In this document: positions 19,686 through 29,189 of the stretch, piece by piece
Layout: each line of letters begins with the position of its first letter
How positions within the stretch are numbered: the first letter of the stretch is position 1
Assembly: GCA_963693365.1 (NCBI GenBank)
Contig: CAVNZM010000013.1
Location: 6,834,713 to 6,898,712, forward strand
Length of the DNA: 64,000 nucleotides
Source: Amoebidium appalachense
Lineage: Eukaryota; Protista; Ichthyosporea
Direction of reading: 5' to 3'
Translations under genes and position numbers: made by a program
The notes under the pieces: model-generated
The model's database searches: none
What the model was told of the DNA's origin: nothing
Seen by the model: the letters and a program-made list of their open reading frames with translations, nothing else

Positions 19686-20542
19686 ATGTCTAACGTAACC
19701 AGGCTCAATCTGCTCACGCGTGCAGGCGGGTACGTGGGTGTGCTAGCCCACCCATCTACTGAAGCCTACGACCTCGTGTTCCCAAAACACCCACCCAAGG
19801 AAGGGGAGATGTTGGTTTGCACAGAAAAGGGGCTAGAGTGGAGACCCTTTACAGAGTGGTTGAAAGAGAATGCAAGCACCATCAGGGACGTGCTACTGCA
19901 CGAGCACCCTGTAACAGTTGGAAGAGGAAAGGCGAGACAACTGAATAAAATAAAGACAGAGACGGGTGAAAGGCACACGCGGCCAGGTTGCACATGGGCC
20001 GACTCAGTCTCCAGACCACTGATGTGATCCCCGACTGGGACGGCATAGCCCCCAGGTTTCGGATCAAGGCCCAGGAGCACCCGCCAGCCGGGCAAATGCC
20101 ATACTGTGCGGCCAGTCAGACCTGTCCTGCCCATGGTTCATGGGATATCTTCTTAGTACATTACAGTTCATTTACAGTTTTTACACACCCCACCCCCTCC
20201 CCCCGGCCAGACACCCCTTTCCCCCACGACCTCCTCTCCCCTACACCCCCCTTTGAGCCCCTCTTTGCCTTCCCCTCCCCACACCCGTCACCCCCTCCCC
20301 CACCACAAGAGCTACAATCCGCCGTGCTCACCCTACTCGACGATGATGAGGGTATGGCCTCAAGCACAGGCAGCACGGACACGGAAAAGGACGTCACCCC
20401 ATTGCACCCACACCCCCTCATCCCCGACCACCCCATCAAGCTCCAGGCACCCCCTGCCCCCAAGGCCAAAAAAACGACCAGAAAGACCACCAACACCCGC
20501 AGGCCAAGAAGGGTGCCCAAGGAGAAAGTGTCAACCGACTAG
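19686..20542 (+). pseudogene. Third fibre-anchor-family protein (ORF 19686..20027, probably continuing by frameshift near 19960-19985 into 19988..20542)
   Basis: LNLLTRAGGYVGVLAH...AYDLVFPKHPPKEGEMLVCTEKGLEW matches the shared N-terminal module; AAAAAATGT box upstream. Confidence 0.55.
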
Positions 20543-20563
20543 TAGCGAGCGCAGGAAACCACC

Positions 20564-21886
20564 ATGGTGGCCAGAGACAAGGGCATTGAGCAGGTGATTA
20601 AGGAGACCTACGCCACCTTCAAGCTCCCCCCCACCGTGCAGGCACTGTGGCGGCGTGCAAAAGCAAAAGACAAGAGGGTAGGGCAACCGGCCGTGCGTGC
20701 CTACCTGTCCAGAAGAAACACCGGGCAGCAGGAATCCCTCAAGGAGGTGCTCGCCCCCCATCGTATCGAGAGGAAGGACTACCTCCCCACCACAGCACGG
20801 CCGAACAGCGTGGCGGCGGATCTGTTTTTCATGCCACGTTACTCAAAGGCAAACAGGGGGTACAAGGGGGGATTGAGCATGATTGACATGAACACGAGGC
20901 AGGCAACGGTCGTGCCCATAAAGACAAAGAGCTCAGGGAGCGGGAAGAACGAGCACCTCACCATCAGCAACGGGCCGGAGATGCAGAGGGCTGTGCACAA
21001 AGCCTTAAAGACCATCAGGGAGATGAAGGACGAAAGCAACAAAGGGGAGGAAAACCTACAACCTACAGAGGTCAAGCAGATCTTTACGGACAAGGGCACG
21101 GAGTTCCTCAGCAATACAATGAAAAAGTACTACGATCAACACGACATCACCATCCTGTTTCCTCAAAAGCCAGGCCGAAAACCACGCAACGTGGCCATGG
21201 TAGAACGGTTCCATCGCACCCTAAAGCAAGGATTGAGCAAGTACATGGAGGCCAACGACACGGGCAAGTGGACGGGGGAGGGGTTGGAAAACGTGTTGGA
21301 GGATTACAACGACACGTACCATGGTTCGATCGGTAGAGAGCCCAACAAGATGACCCAGAGGGCCGAACGGTGGAACAGCATCAACACGTGGCTGGAGAAC
21401 AGGAAGCAAAAAGGTAAGCTACGTGCCAAGATGGGGCACACGGAGGGCGTGCACGTGCGTGCACTCAAAAAGCCAAAGGGACCGTTTGAAAAGGAGGGAA
21501 GAAACTGGTCCAAGGACGTCTACACGCTCGCCTACAAGGATGCAAGTGGGTGGGCGCTACGCAACGCGGCTACAGGGGAGATGAGGAAACACACGCCAGG
21601 CCTACGCTACGCTTGGCCAGACACCATGCTAAAGAAGGTACCACCTACCAGCGTGTCTGTACCGCCCAGCAGCGGGATGCGTGCAGCTCGCAAGGAGACA
21701 GCCAAGGAGAGGGCTCGCGAGGAGCTGGCGTTTGAAGGGCGCGAGCTGGTGCGCCAGAAGGGCACGCGTGCACAAGCCCAAAAGGAAAAGGAAAAACGAA
21801 AGGCACAGGAACTGAGAAAACTGGAGTTTGCCCACCAACAGGAGCAAACGGGTCTGCGTCGCAGTGAAAGGCGTGCACGCCGCTAG
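20564..21886 (+). CDS. Retroviral-like (rve) DDE integrase, Polinton type
   Basis: VAADLFFM..MIDMNTR, IFTDKGTEF, MVERFHRTLK and YNDTYHGSIGREP; Polinton-like N-terminal helix-turn region; no chromodomain seen. Confidence 0.93.
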   Translation: MVARDKGIEQVIKETYATFKLPPTVQALWRRAKAKDKRVGQPAVRAYLSRRNTGQQESLKEVLAPHRIERKDYLPTTARPNSVAADLFFMPRYSKANRGYKGGLSMIDMNTRQATVVPIKTKSSGSGKNEHLTISNGPEMQRAVHKALKTIREMKDESNKGEENLQPTEVKQIFTDKGTEFLSNTMKKYYDQHDITILFPQKPGRKPRNVAMVERFHRTLKQGLSKYMEANDTGKWTGEGLENVLEDYNDTYHGSIGREPNKMTQRAERWNSINTWLENRKQKGKLRAKMGHTEGVHVRALKKPKGPFEKEGRNWSKDVYTLAYKDASGWALRNAATGEMRKHTPGLRYAWPDTMLKKVPPTSVSVPPSSGMRAARKETAKERAREELAFEGRELVRQKGTRAQAQKEKEKRKAQELRKLEFAHQQEQTGLRRSERRARR

Positions 21887-21929
21887 GTGTGACCTGCCCA
21901 TTCTGGAAAAACCATCCCTCTTGAAAAAA

Positions 21930-22210
21930 AAACAGAGACGCCCCACCAACCAGCCACCGCGAAAACTGGCCATTTTGGGATGATTGCGCAAACAGGGGAC
22001 GCCCCACCAACCAGCGACCGCCAAAACTAGCCCAATTTGGTCACCTTCCAAATCAGGCTAATCCTCCATGTGCGGACCCCAGGCCCAGGTCCGGATCAGG
22101 CCCGTGCGGGTCGGTTCGGGCCGGCCTGGTCAGATTTGGGTCGCGTCGACCCGTTAACGACCCGGACCGACCCGACCCGGGCTAATCTGGACCGGCCCGT
22201 GGCCCGCGAA
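21930..22210. repeat. Non-coding structured region: two ~50-bp direct repeats (21930-21978, 21990-22040) plus a GGGTC/GACCC pentamer cluster and imperfect inverted repeats
   Basis: aaacag..gacgccccaccaaccagc..cg..aaaact.gcc..tttgg occurs twice. Hairpin gggtcg-cgt-cgaccc at 22138-22152; arms 22117-22136 and 22184-22199. Confidence 0.75.
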
Positions 22211-22245
22211 ATTTTCACAGCACACAGGTGCGGGACTGTGTGATC

Positions 22246-22791
22246 ATGGGGCTGGGCAGCTGCTGCGGGGTGTACAAGGTCACACAGGACAAGAGGAAGG
22301 CCGGAGTGGACACTGACAAGGTGCAGACACCAGCATGGGTGCTGGATGCACTCGAAAAGGAGTTTGGCGCACTCAATGACCCCTGCCCCATCACCTGGCG
22401 GGAGGGGGAGGACCCTTGCGCACTCACAGACGACGACGTGTGGTCCACCGAGAAAATAAACTATGTCAACCCTCCCTTCTCTGAGATTCCCCCATTTTTA
22501 CGCATGGCCATACGAATGTACATATCCAAGGGTAGAAAGAGCGTGCTGCTCGTGCCTGCACGCACGGAGGCACGCTGGTTCCATGACCTGGCCTTCAGGT
22601 ACGCCGCAGAGATACGCATCCTGAGGGGTAGGATCAAGTTTGAGGGGTTCAAGAGGCCATCGCCAGAGGGCGTGTGCCTGCTTTTGTTCACAGAGCCTCA
22701 GCCTGTCGGTGGCCCGCGTGTAGTGTCGTGGATGCCTGAGGCATACCCGCGCAGCTCAAAGGCAGGGGCCGTGTTGGGGCTGGATTTCTAG
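22246..22791 (+). CDS. dam: Phage-type DNA N6-adenine methyltransferase (Dam, T1-like family)
   Basis: DKVQTP...LEKEFG..DPC, catalytic YVNPPFS, VLLVPART..RWFH, IRILRGRIKF. Confidence 0.88.
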   Translation: MGLGSCCGVYKVTQDKRKAGVDTDKVQTPAWVLDALEKEFGALNDPCPITWREGEDPCALTDDDVWSTEKINYVNPPFSEIPPFLRMAIRMYISKGRKSVLLVPARTEARWFHDLAFRYAAEIRILRGRIKFEGFKRPSPEGVCLLLFTEPQPVGGPRVVSWMPEAYPRSSKAGAVLGLDF

Positions 22792-22872
22792 CTTAATTAC
22801 TAAGATCTACTAGACTAAGTAGGGTCTAGATCATAAAAATGTGTGTTAGAGTGTATGTAGTGCGTGCACACC

Positions 22873-23136
22873 ATGGCCAACACCTACCAAATCGTGCTGA
22901 ACGACCAGTTTCAACCCCTCACTGCGCGTACGTCAAACGCCACGCACACAGACTTTAGCTACTATGGCCAGCAGGCGATGGCACAGGCCGTTGCGGACAA
23001 GATATGCCCGCACGGTACCCGCCACCCCTTCTTCCTCAAACCAAGCACCATGGCAGGGTCTGCAGCAGGCCGATTTGCTCGCCCCAGACCCACCTTTGCG
23101 GCACTCAGGCGTGCACATGGCAGGCCCATGCACTGA
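22873..23136 (+). CDS. Small basic hypothetical viral protein (87 aa)
   Basis: ACC-ATG-G start with AAAAATGT about 31-38 nt upstream. Confidence 0.6.
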   Translation: MANTYQIVLNDQFQPLTARTSNATHTDFSYYGQQAMAQAVADKICPHGTRHPFFLKPSTMAGSAAGRFARPRPTFAALRRAHGRPMH

Positions 23137-23233
23137 CCGTTAGTGTACGTAGTAGGCCAGGGCCAAGCGGGCAATTGGCAACCAAAAATAAAAATAATGT
23201 GCATGCATAAGTAAACGTGCAAGTCACGTCACC

Positions 23234-23815
23234 ATGGGGGTGTCATCGCAAGGCAGGAGCGGCAACACGCGTGTCATCTACGTGCAGAACCGGCCAAACA
23301 AGGCCTCAGAGGTAGCCAAGTGGGTGGGGGCCCTGGCGGGCGGTGCTGCCTTGGGGGCAGGGGGGTACTATGCATGGAAGCACAAGGGGGACATTGCGAG
23401 GGGGGTGGGCAACTACATGTACAACAAGGCTGCGGATGCTGCCACCTACACTGCAGGGAAGGCGGGGGAGGCGGGGGGGACGGTGTTCAAGGGCCTCAAG
23501 GGGGTAGCGCGTGCCACAGGCGATGCTGCCATGCAGGGCACGCAGCGTGCAGGGCAGGGCGCGCAGAATGGTGCATTCAGTGCGTGGAAGACCCTGAGGA
23601 ATGGCACGAGGGATGCGGGCAACTACCTGCTGCACAACACCCAGGATGCGTTGGGATATGGTCCTTATAACTTGAATGCTGCAGGCACACGCACGGGAAA
23701 CAGCTACGAGTGGAGAGGGGGTGGAGGGGGCGGTGCGCAGGTGCTTGTCGGCGGTAAGCCCTACGTCTGGCCGCCAGCCAGGTCGCCAAACGTATCGGGA
23801 CGCGGCATCCTCTAA
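23234..23815 (+). CDS. Gly/Ala-rich protein with Met-Gly start, GxxxG hydrophobic helix and amphipathic region (putative membrane-active virion protein)
   Basis: WVGALAGGAALGAGGYYAW followed by KHK; ACC-ATG-G start. Confidence 0.65.
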   Translation: MGVSSQGRSGNTRVIYVQNRPNKASEVAKWVGALAGGAALGAGGYYAWKHKGDIARGVGNYMYNKAADAATYTAGKAGEAGGTVFKGLKGVARATGDAAMQGTQRAGQGAQNGAFSAWKTLRNGTRDAGNYLLHNTQDALGYGPYNLNAAGTRTGNSYEWRGGGGGGAQVLVGGKPYVWPPARSPNVSGRGIL

Positions 23816-24100
23816 TGGAACCTTCCGTTTATGGTAAGTGTGCAGGGAAAAACCGTTGGCGGGCGGTGCGAGCGGCCAATCAAATTTTGTAGAATTTGTT
23901 GACTTGCATTCCATTGGCGACTCCCCTGCGCTCCTATTGGACGCCTAGGGCAACAGGAGTCACCGAATTTTGGAGCACGGTAGCGTGTGTGCACCGGAGG
24001 GCACAAAAGCCACCTGCAAACGTTCCTTCTTCAAACACTTTTTCTTATATTCTAAGCCACTCTAGCCTGGTCTTTTTGCAAGCAGCGAACTTTGGAAACC

Positions 24101-24469
24101 ATGGCAGACCTCTCCTTCCTGCCCCCTCTAGATCTAGACGATGCTGATGTTCTTGCTGCCGCCGCAGCAGCCATTTCTGTGCCAGCCCGCAGGCCTCCTC
24201 CTGGCCGCACCTTCTCCTGGCATCTCAAAGATTTGGATCTTGACACTGTTCTGCTTCAACCCTTCTACGCATCCTACCGCACGCTTGCTGAGGGGTATGC
24301 AGCACAGCCCAGTGTTTCCGCCAACGCAGCATCCTTCCTCCTCTCCGCCAAGAAAGGTGACTTCTTCGCTGGCTATGATGCAGGGGGCGAAGTCTACTTC
24401 CAAAAACGCTTCACGGGTCTAGATGACTTTGATGGGGCATGGCTCCCTGAGATGCTGGTGCGTGGTTGA
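24101..24469 (+). CDS. Hypothetical protein (122 aa)
   Basis: ACC-ATG-G start; CCAAT/ATTGG motifs upstream at 23875-23945. Confidence 0.6.
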   Translation: MADLSFLPPLDLDDADVLAAAAAAISVPARRPPPGRTFSWHLKDLDLDTVLLQPFYASYRTLAEGYAAQPSVSANAASFLLSAKKGDFFAGYDAGGEVYFQKRFTGLDDFDGAWLPEMLVRG

Positions 24470-24737
24470 AACAACTGACACATGAACTGTACATGACAAA
24501 GAATGTGATCACAGCACACAATCGCGCAAAATCACATAAAATATGTCCCACCAATAGGAACAATCACCAAGAAATGAACAAGACACCGCGCAACCAGAAG
24601 GAACCAAAAGATGTGAAAAAGGACGAAGGCTGACTGGCGGACCGCACCAGAACACGAAGCGGCCACCCCGCGGCCGCGGAGAAGCAACCGGGCCGACCGA
24701 AACCTGGGGCACAGCCGTCCCAGTACGGGGACACACA

Positions 24738-25949
24738 GTGAAGGAGACAGACGAGCGCCAGAGCAACGCCCCACCCACCGCCCCCCCCCAAGAAGCCACG
24801 GCCACCACCGAAGGAGAGACCGGGACCCCGGCACACCCAGCCCCCCGCCCCCCCCCCGCCCCGGCGCGCACCCCCCCCGCGCCCCCGCACCCTCGCAGAG
24901 AGAGCGGGGAAGGCGACGCACAGAGCACAGGAGAGCGCGCCCCCGGCCGAGGGCCACCCCGCGCCCCCCCCAGACAGAGGGCCCCGAGCACGGGCCCCCG
25001 GAAAAAGGGAAACTCTACTTGCAGCAGCTGGCGAAGAATTTCGCTGAAGGCGTCTAGCTGTGGGCCACAGGGAGGAGAGGGGGGGCGCCGGGGGGGGGCT
25101 ACAAAGCGCGTAGGGGAACAAGTGAAGGAGAAGAAGTGGCGTAGGCGGTGCTTTCTACCCGTTCCTTTTGATGTTTCTCGCCTTATCCCAACTAGTTCAA
25201 CTGTTTACAGTGGTACCATCTCTGAGCCTGCAGAACTGGCTGAACTGCACGGCAAGTCGCTTTTGGCAACACTCGCGTGCCGCAACGCCCTCATGCTCAA
25301 GGGGGTGGCTGCTGCTGTGGTAGACATCCTCCTACCGCAGTTCACAGAGCATGAGAGATCCACTAGGCACAAGGTAGAGACAGACCCTCAGTTGGTTGGC
25401 AACTACATGCAGAGGTACCTGGAGGAGATAGAGGCCAACTGGGAGCCCATCGTCGGGATGTGCAAGGCAGGACTCACTCCCCACAGGGAGAGAGAGGTGG
25501 CCCGCCACCTGGCTCGTGTTGTTGCTGGCTTCCTGCAGACCATGGTGGCCACTGCAAAGGCAGCCAAGTTGAAGTCCACGCCCCTCTTCAAAGGGGTCGC
25601 CATGGATGTCCTCCATGACATGCAGGCATTGCTGCGTGGGGTTGCGAATGAGCGTATGTATGGTGCAGGTGAGAAGATTGTGTTTGCAGGGCTGATCAAG
25701 AAAAACATCCACAAGGAGGCACCATCACGGCGCAAGTCCGGCACGTTCATCGACATTGCCCCCAAGGAGAAGGAAAACCTTGCCCCCCTCCGCAGCAGCA
25801 GCACCAACAGCAACACCCCCTACAACAACAACAACAACATCATGACGGTCGGTGCCCCCTACTTCTACGGTAGGACCCGGGTGCCTAACTTACTCCGTAC
25901 CTCAGCGGCACCGCCCCTCAAGACTGTGAACCATGGCTACATGGGCTAG
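24738..25949 (+). CDS. Hypothetical helical protein; 5' part low-complexity, start uncertain
   Basis: Portion after about 25190 has viral-like codon bias and globular composition; no ATG at the ORF start. Confidence 0.5.
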   Translation: MKETDERQSNAPPTAPPQEATATTEGETGTPAHPAPRPPPAPARTPPAPPHPRRESGEGDAQSTGERAPGRGPPRAPPRQRAPSTGPRKKGNSTCSSWRRISLKASSCGPQGGEGGRRGGATKRVGEQVKEKKWRRRCFLPVPFDVSRLIPTSSTVYSGTISEPAELAELHGKSLLATLACRNALMLKGVAAAVVDILLPQFTEHERSTRHKVETDPQLVGNYMQRYLEEIEANWEPIVGMCKAGLTPHREREVARHLARVVAGFLQTMVATAKAAKLKSTPLFKGVAMDVLHDMQALLRGVANERMYGAGEKIVFAGLIKKNIHKEAPSRRKSGTFIDIAPKEKENLAPLRSSSTNSNTPYNNNNNIMTVGAPYFYGRTRVPNLLRTSAAPPLKTVNHGYMG

Positions 25950-26074
25950 TGCACAGGATAGGGGGGCAGTGCCCTAAACTTTGCCATTTTTAATTTTTTA
26001 GTAAAGTACCTTAAAGTTTGAGCATGCCATGGTCTCATTAACATAGACACCGTTGTGATTTGTGTATACATAGT

Positions 26075-26378
26075 GGGCAGTGCCCTTTATTTTCACGTTT
26101 TTTTCTTCTTCTTCTATACAAAGAATTGAACCGACGGCAAAAATAAACTTTTGTTTTTTTACGAAAGTTCCAAGAAAAAAAACAGAGCACAAGCTGAAGA
26201 CTACCATGGTGCATTGCACACGTGTGCCTGCACGTGTGCGTGTGTGTGTGCATGTGTGTGCATGTGTGTGCTTGTGTGTGCCAAAACACTCTAACAAAAA
26301 TCTATGAAGATTTTAACGATAAAAAATAAAAAAACTTTGTGATCTGTGGATGCATTGGGCGGAGCCCTTTATTTTCAC

Positions 26379-26409
<31 letters not shown>

Positions 26410-26502
26410 CCTACAAAGAAAACCGACGGCAAAAAGATCCAAGGAAAAAAAACAGAGCACAAGTTGAAGACTACTATGGTGCATTGCACACGTGTGCCTG
26501 CA

Positions 26503-26567
<65 letters not shown>

Positions 26568-26626
26568 ATGTGTGTGCATGTGTGTGTGCATGTGTGTGTG
26601 TGTGTGTGTGTGTGTGGGTGTGTGTG

Positions 26627-26699
<73 letters not shown>

Positions 26700-26710
26700 A
26701 TGTGTGTGTG

Positions 26711-26759
<49 letters not shown>
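26075..26759. repeat. Diverged tandem duplication (about 26075-26280 and 26357-26520) running into a ~250-bp (TG)n tract
   Basis: Both copies contain gccctttattttcacgtttttt...accgacggcaaaaa...aaaacagagcacaag.tgaagactac.atggtgcattgcacacgtgtgcctgcacgtgtgcg(tg)n. Confidence 0.9.
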
Positions 26760-26760
<1 letters not shown>

Positions 26761-27734
26761 TAAACGTTGCTGTTTGGCCCGTGGGGTGGCTCTGCCACAA
26801 CCACTTGGTAGACCTTCGCGGTCTCTGATGTTTCTGGCCTCATCCGTTTGTTGTCACGTTCCGTGACAACGAGGCTGAACAGTTTGGACTTGATGCCCTC
26901 GTTAAGGGCCGTCAGAATGTCCCGTGCCGTTTCCTCCACCCACAGGCGATCCATCACCTCGAACAGGAAGTTGTGCACAAGTCGTTGCAGGTTATCCCGC
27001 AGCCCTCGTTCCTTGTGCATTATGCGGGGGTGGCAGTTTGGGGGTGAGACCATCCAATCGACCGTGATAAACTCGACGTACTTCTTCGACTCCGACCACG
27101 TCGTGTCGACAAACGTGATGAATCGCCTAACGTCGTTAATGTTATCGTCGTCGAAAACTCTCGGGGACACCGAGTCCAGGAAACCACCCACACGGCCTTC
27201 GTACACGTACAACCCCCATGCATCCCCCTCGGCCCACTTCTCTAGTTCCCCCAAGTCTCTCTTGAACCGTGTCTCGTGCCCATCCTCGTAGTTGGGTGCG
27301 GTGATAGTGAACGTCCATTCCCCCTGCTCGTTGATTTCCCCCTTAAAAATGTCCGTGCCTAACACTTGGTTGAGACGTCCTGGTAGGGCCTTCTTTTCCT
27401 CCATCGACCACGTGCCTGTGTGTGTGTTCACCTTGGTAATTGCACGTTCCCGCTCCATCACTTCGTCCTCGAAAAACTGCCATACTTCCACCCTCTCCAT
27501 GCTCGTCTTGGCCCAGTCGGCAATCATCTCCCTATAGGTGGGTGAAACGGGGCGTGTGACCCACTCTTTAGTACGGTGATTGTAGTACCTGTAGGTACCG
27601 TTGAAAATGTGCAGGTGGGGTTGGGCTGCCACGTCGAGATAGTGGCCAAACATGGGTTGGTTGGTTGCTTTTCTTATGAAGGGGGGACCAAGTTCGAGGT
27701 CGTCCTCTGAGGAATCAATACGATGAGAAGACAT
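26760..27734 (-). CDS. Hypothetical globular protein (324 aa)
   Basis: Uninterrupted ORF, AAC-ATG start, normal amino-acid composition; no family recognised. Confidence 0.7.
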
Positions 27735-28128
27735 GTTGGTGTGTGGTGATTGATTGTTCTAAGTCTCACTGAGTAAAAGGATGGTGTGGTGTCTTTTAAA
27801 AGTCTTTATTCTGTGCGAAAAGAGATGATTGTGAAAATGTTTAAGAGTTTTTTCTAAGTTTTTTTCTTCACAAAAAACGAACGAAAACGAGACGAGACTG
27901 AGAGAATACGTAATATTACGTAACATTCAATTTCGCTTGATTTCATTGGCTCATAAGTTACGCAAAGTTCAAGTTGGCGCAATCATTTACTCTCTCACTC
28001 ATGTACGTACTAAGTCAACTCAGTCGCGGCGGCACACAGTGTTTTTTTGTTTTTTTTTTTTGGGAAGAAGTTTATTTCGTGGCATCACCCGGAGGTAAAG
28101 AGATTCTGAATAAACAGACATGTGCCTA

Positions 28129-29049
28129 TTACATCCTGAGCATTTTGGCCTTGTCCTCCCCAGGCATGGGCGTGCCAGCACGCTTAGCCTGCCCCATGTC
28201 TACATCACCCCCCTCCCCCTCACTACCCGCACCATCACTGACCAACTCCATCAGACCATCTAACTCAAACACCTGAACCTTGCGGGCAACGAGCTTGGTG
28301 CGCACAGTGTTGTTTTTCTTGTTGTAGATGACGCTGGTGGCGGCAGCAGACACCCATGCAGTAACCTCACGGCACTTGGCACGCTGGGAGTTCATAAACT
28401 CCACAAACTCATCCACAGAGGCCGCGTTGTTGCCCAGCTTGAAGAGGCAGGCGTTGCGGCCATGGGGGTTGGGCAATTCCAACGTCACGTTGAAGTAGGT
28501 GTCGCCCAGTGCCCCCTCCATGTCCTCCTTGCCGACGGGGTCGGCACCCAGCACCTCGTACAGGTTGGGGGTGTGCTTGCTCCAGAGGTTGCTGCTGGTC
28601 TTGACGGGCACACCATCCAGGTCGACACCCTTGAGCATCTCGTGGTCCTTGTGCATCCACAGCACGTCCTTGGCCATGCTGCACACGTAGGGCCACAGGT
28701 CTGTGGCGTAGGCCACCTCAAAGGGCTCGGGGCGGCGTTGGGACTTGATCTTAATGGTGGGTTTGGTGTCCCAGGCAGCCGTGCTGGGAACCAGCTCGAT
28801 GAGCATTTGCCCGTTGATGTTGATGTTGGGCAGGTTGTACAGCTGCACCACCAGCACGTCGTTCATGACCCAGGGTGCACCCATGGTGGCCTTGCCCACA
28901 CCGTTGAGGAACACCTCCTTGTACTGCACCATCTTGGCCCCCTCAACGCTGCTGTTGATGTCTTCTTTGCCACTGCTTGCCGCGACGATGCTGGTCCTTT
29001 TGACGGTGGACAGACCAGTCATTTGACGCAGCAGGGTTGGCTTGACCAT
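28129..29049 (-). CDS. Putative single-stranded DNA-binding protein (T7 gp2.5 / NCLDV SSB-like OB fold)
   Basis: Clear coding bias. C-terminal strand KLVARKVQVFEL followed by an acidic Gly-rich tail resembles gp2.5-family 'L.L.AVQV.EL' plus acidic tail. Function is inferred. Confidence 0.5.
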   Translation of the reverse strand: MVKPTLLRQMTGLSTVKRTSIVAASSGKEDINSSVEGAKMVQYKEVFLNGVGKATMGAPWVMNDVLVVQLYNLPNININGQMLIELVPSTAAWDTKPTIKIKSQRRPEPFEVAYATDLWPYVCSMAKDVLWMHKDHEMLKGVDLDGVPVKTSSNLWSKHTPNLYEVLGADPVGKEDMEGALGDTYFNVTLELPNPHGRNACLFKLGNNAASVDEFVEFMNSQRAKCREVTAWVSAAATSVIYNKKNNTVRTKLVARKVQVFELDGLMELVSDGAGSEGEGGDVDMGQAKRAGTPMPGEDKAKMLRM

Positions 29050-29189
29050 TTTGCTGTTGCTTGGGGGGTGTGGTGAACGTTACTGTGGTGTGCACCTCGA
29101 CTGTGACTGTCTGGCTCATGTTTGGTTGGTGAGATGTTGCCTGTGTGCGGCTGTTTATGTACACGGCGGTAGGATGCAGGGTGCGTTTC

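Noticed and set aside
14030-19990. Programmed frameshifting or readthrough explaining the split genes
   Set aside because: Shifts go in both directions with no shared slippery heptamer or structure, and the TAG is explained by an insertion.
1-25200. Impression of CGCG scarcity in the left viral arm versus abundance at 21.5-25 kb (possible methylation-driven decay)
   Set aside because: Cannot be quantified by eye; needs sliding-window k-mer observed/expected counts.
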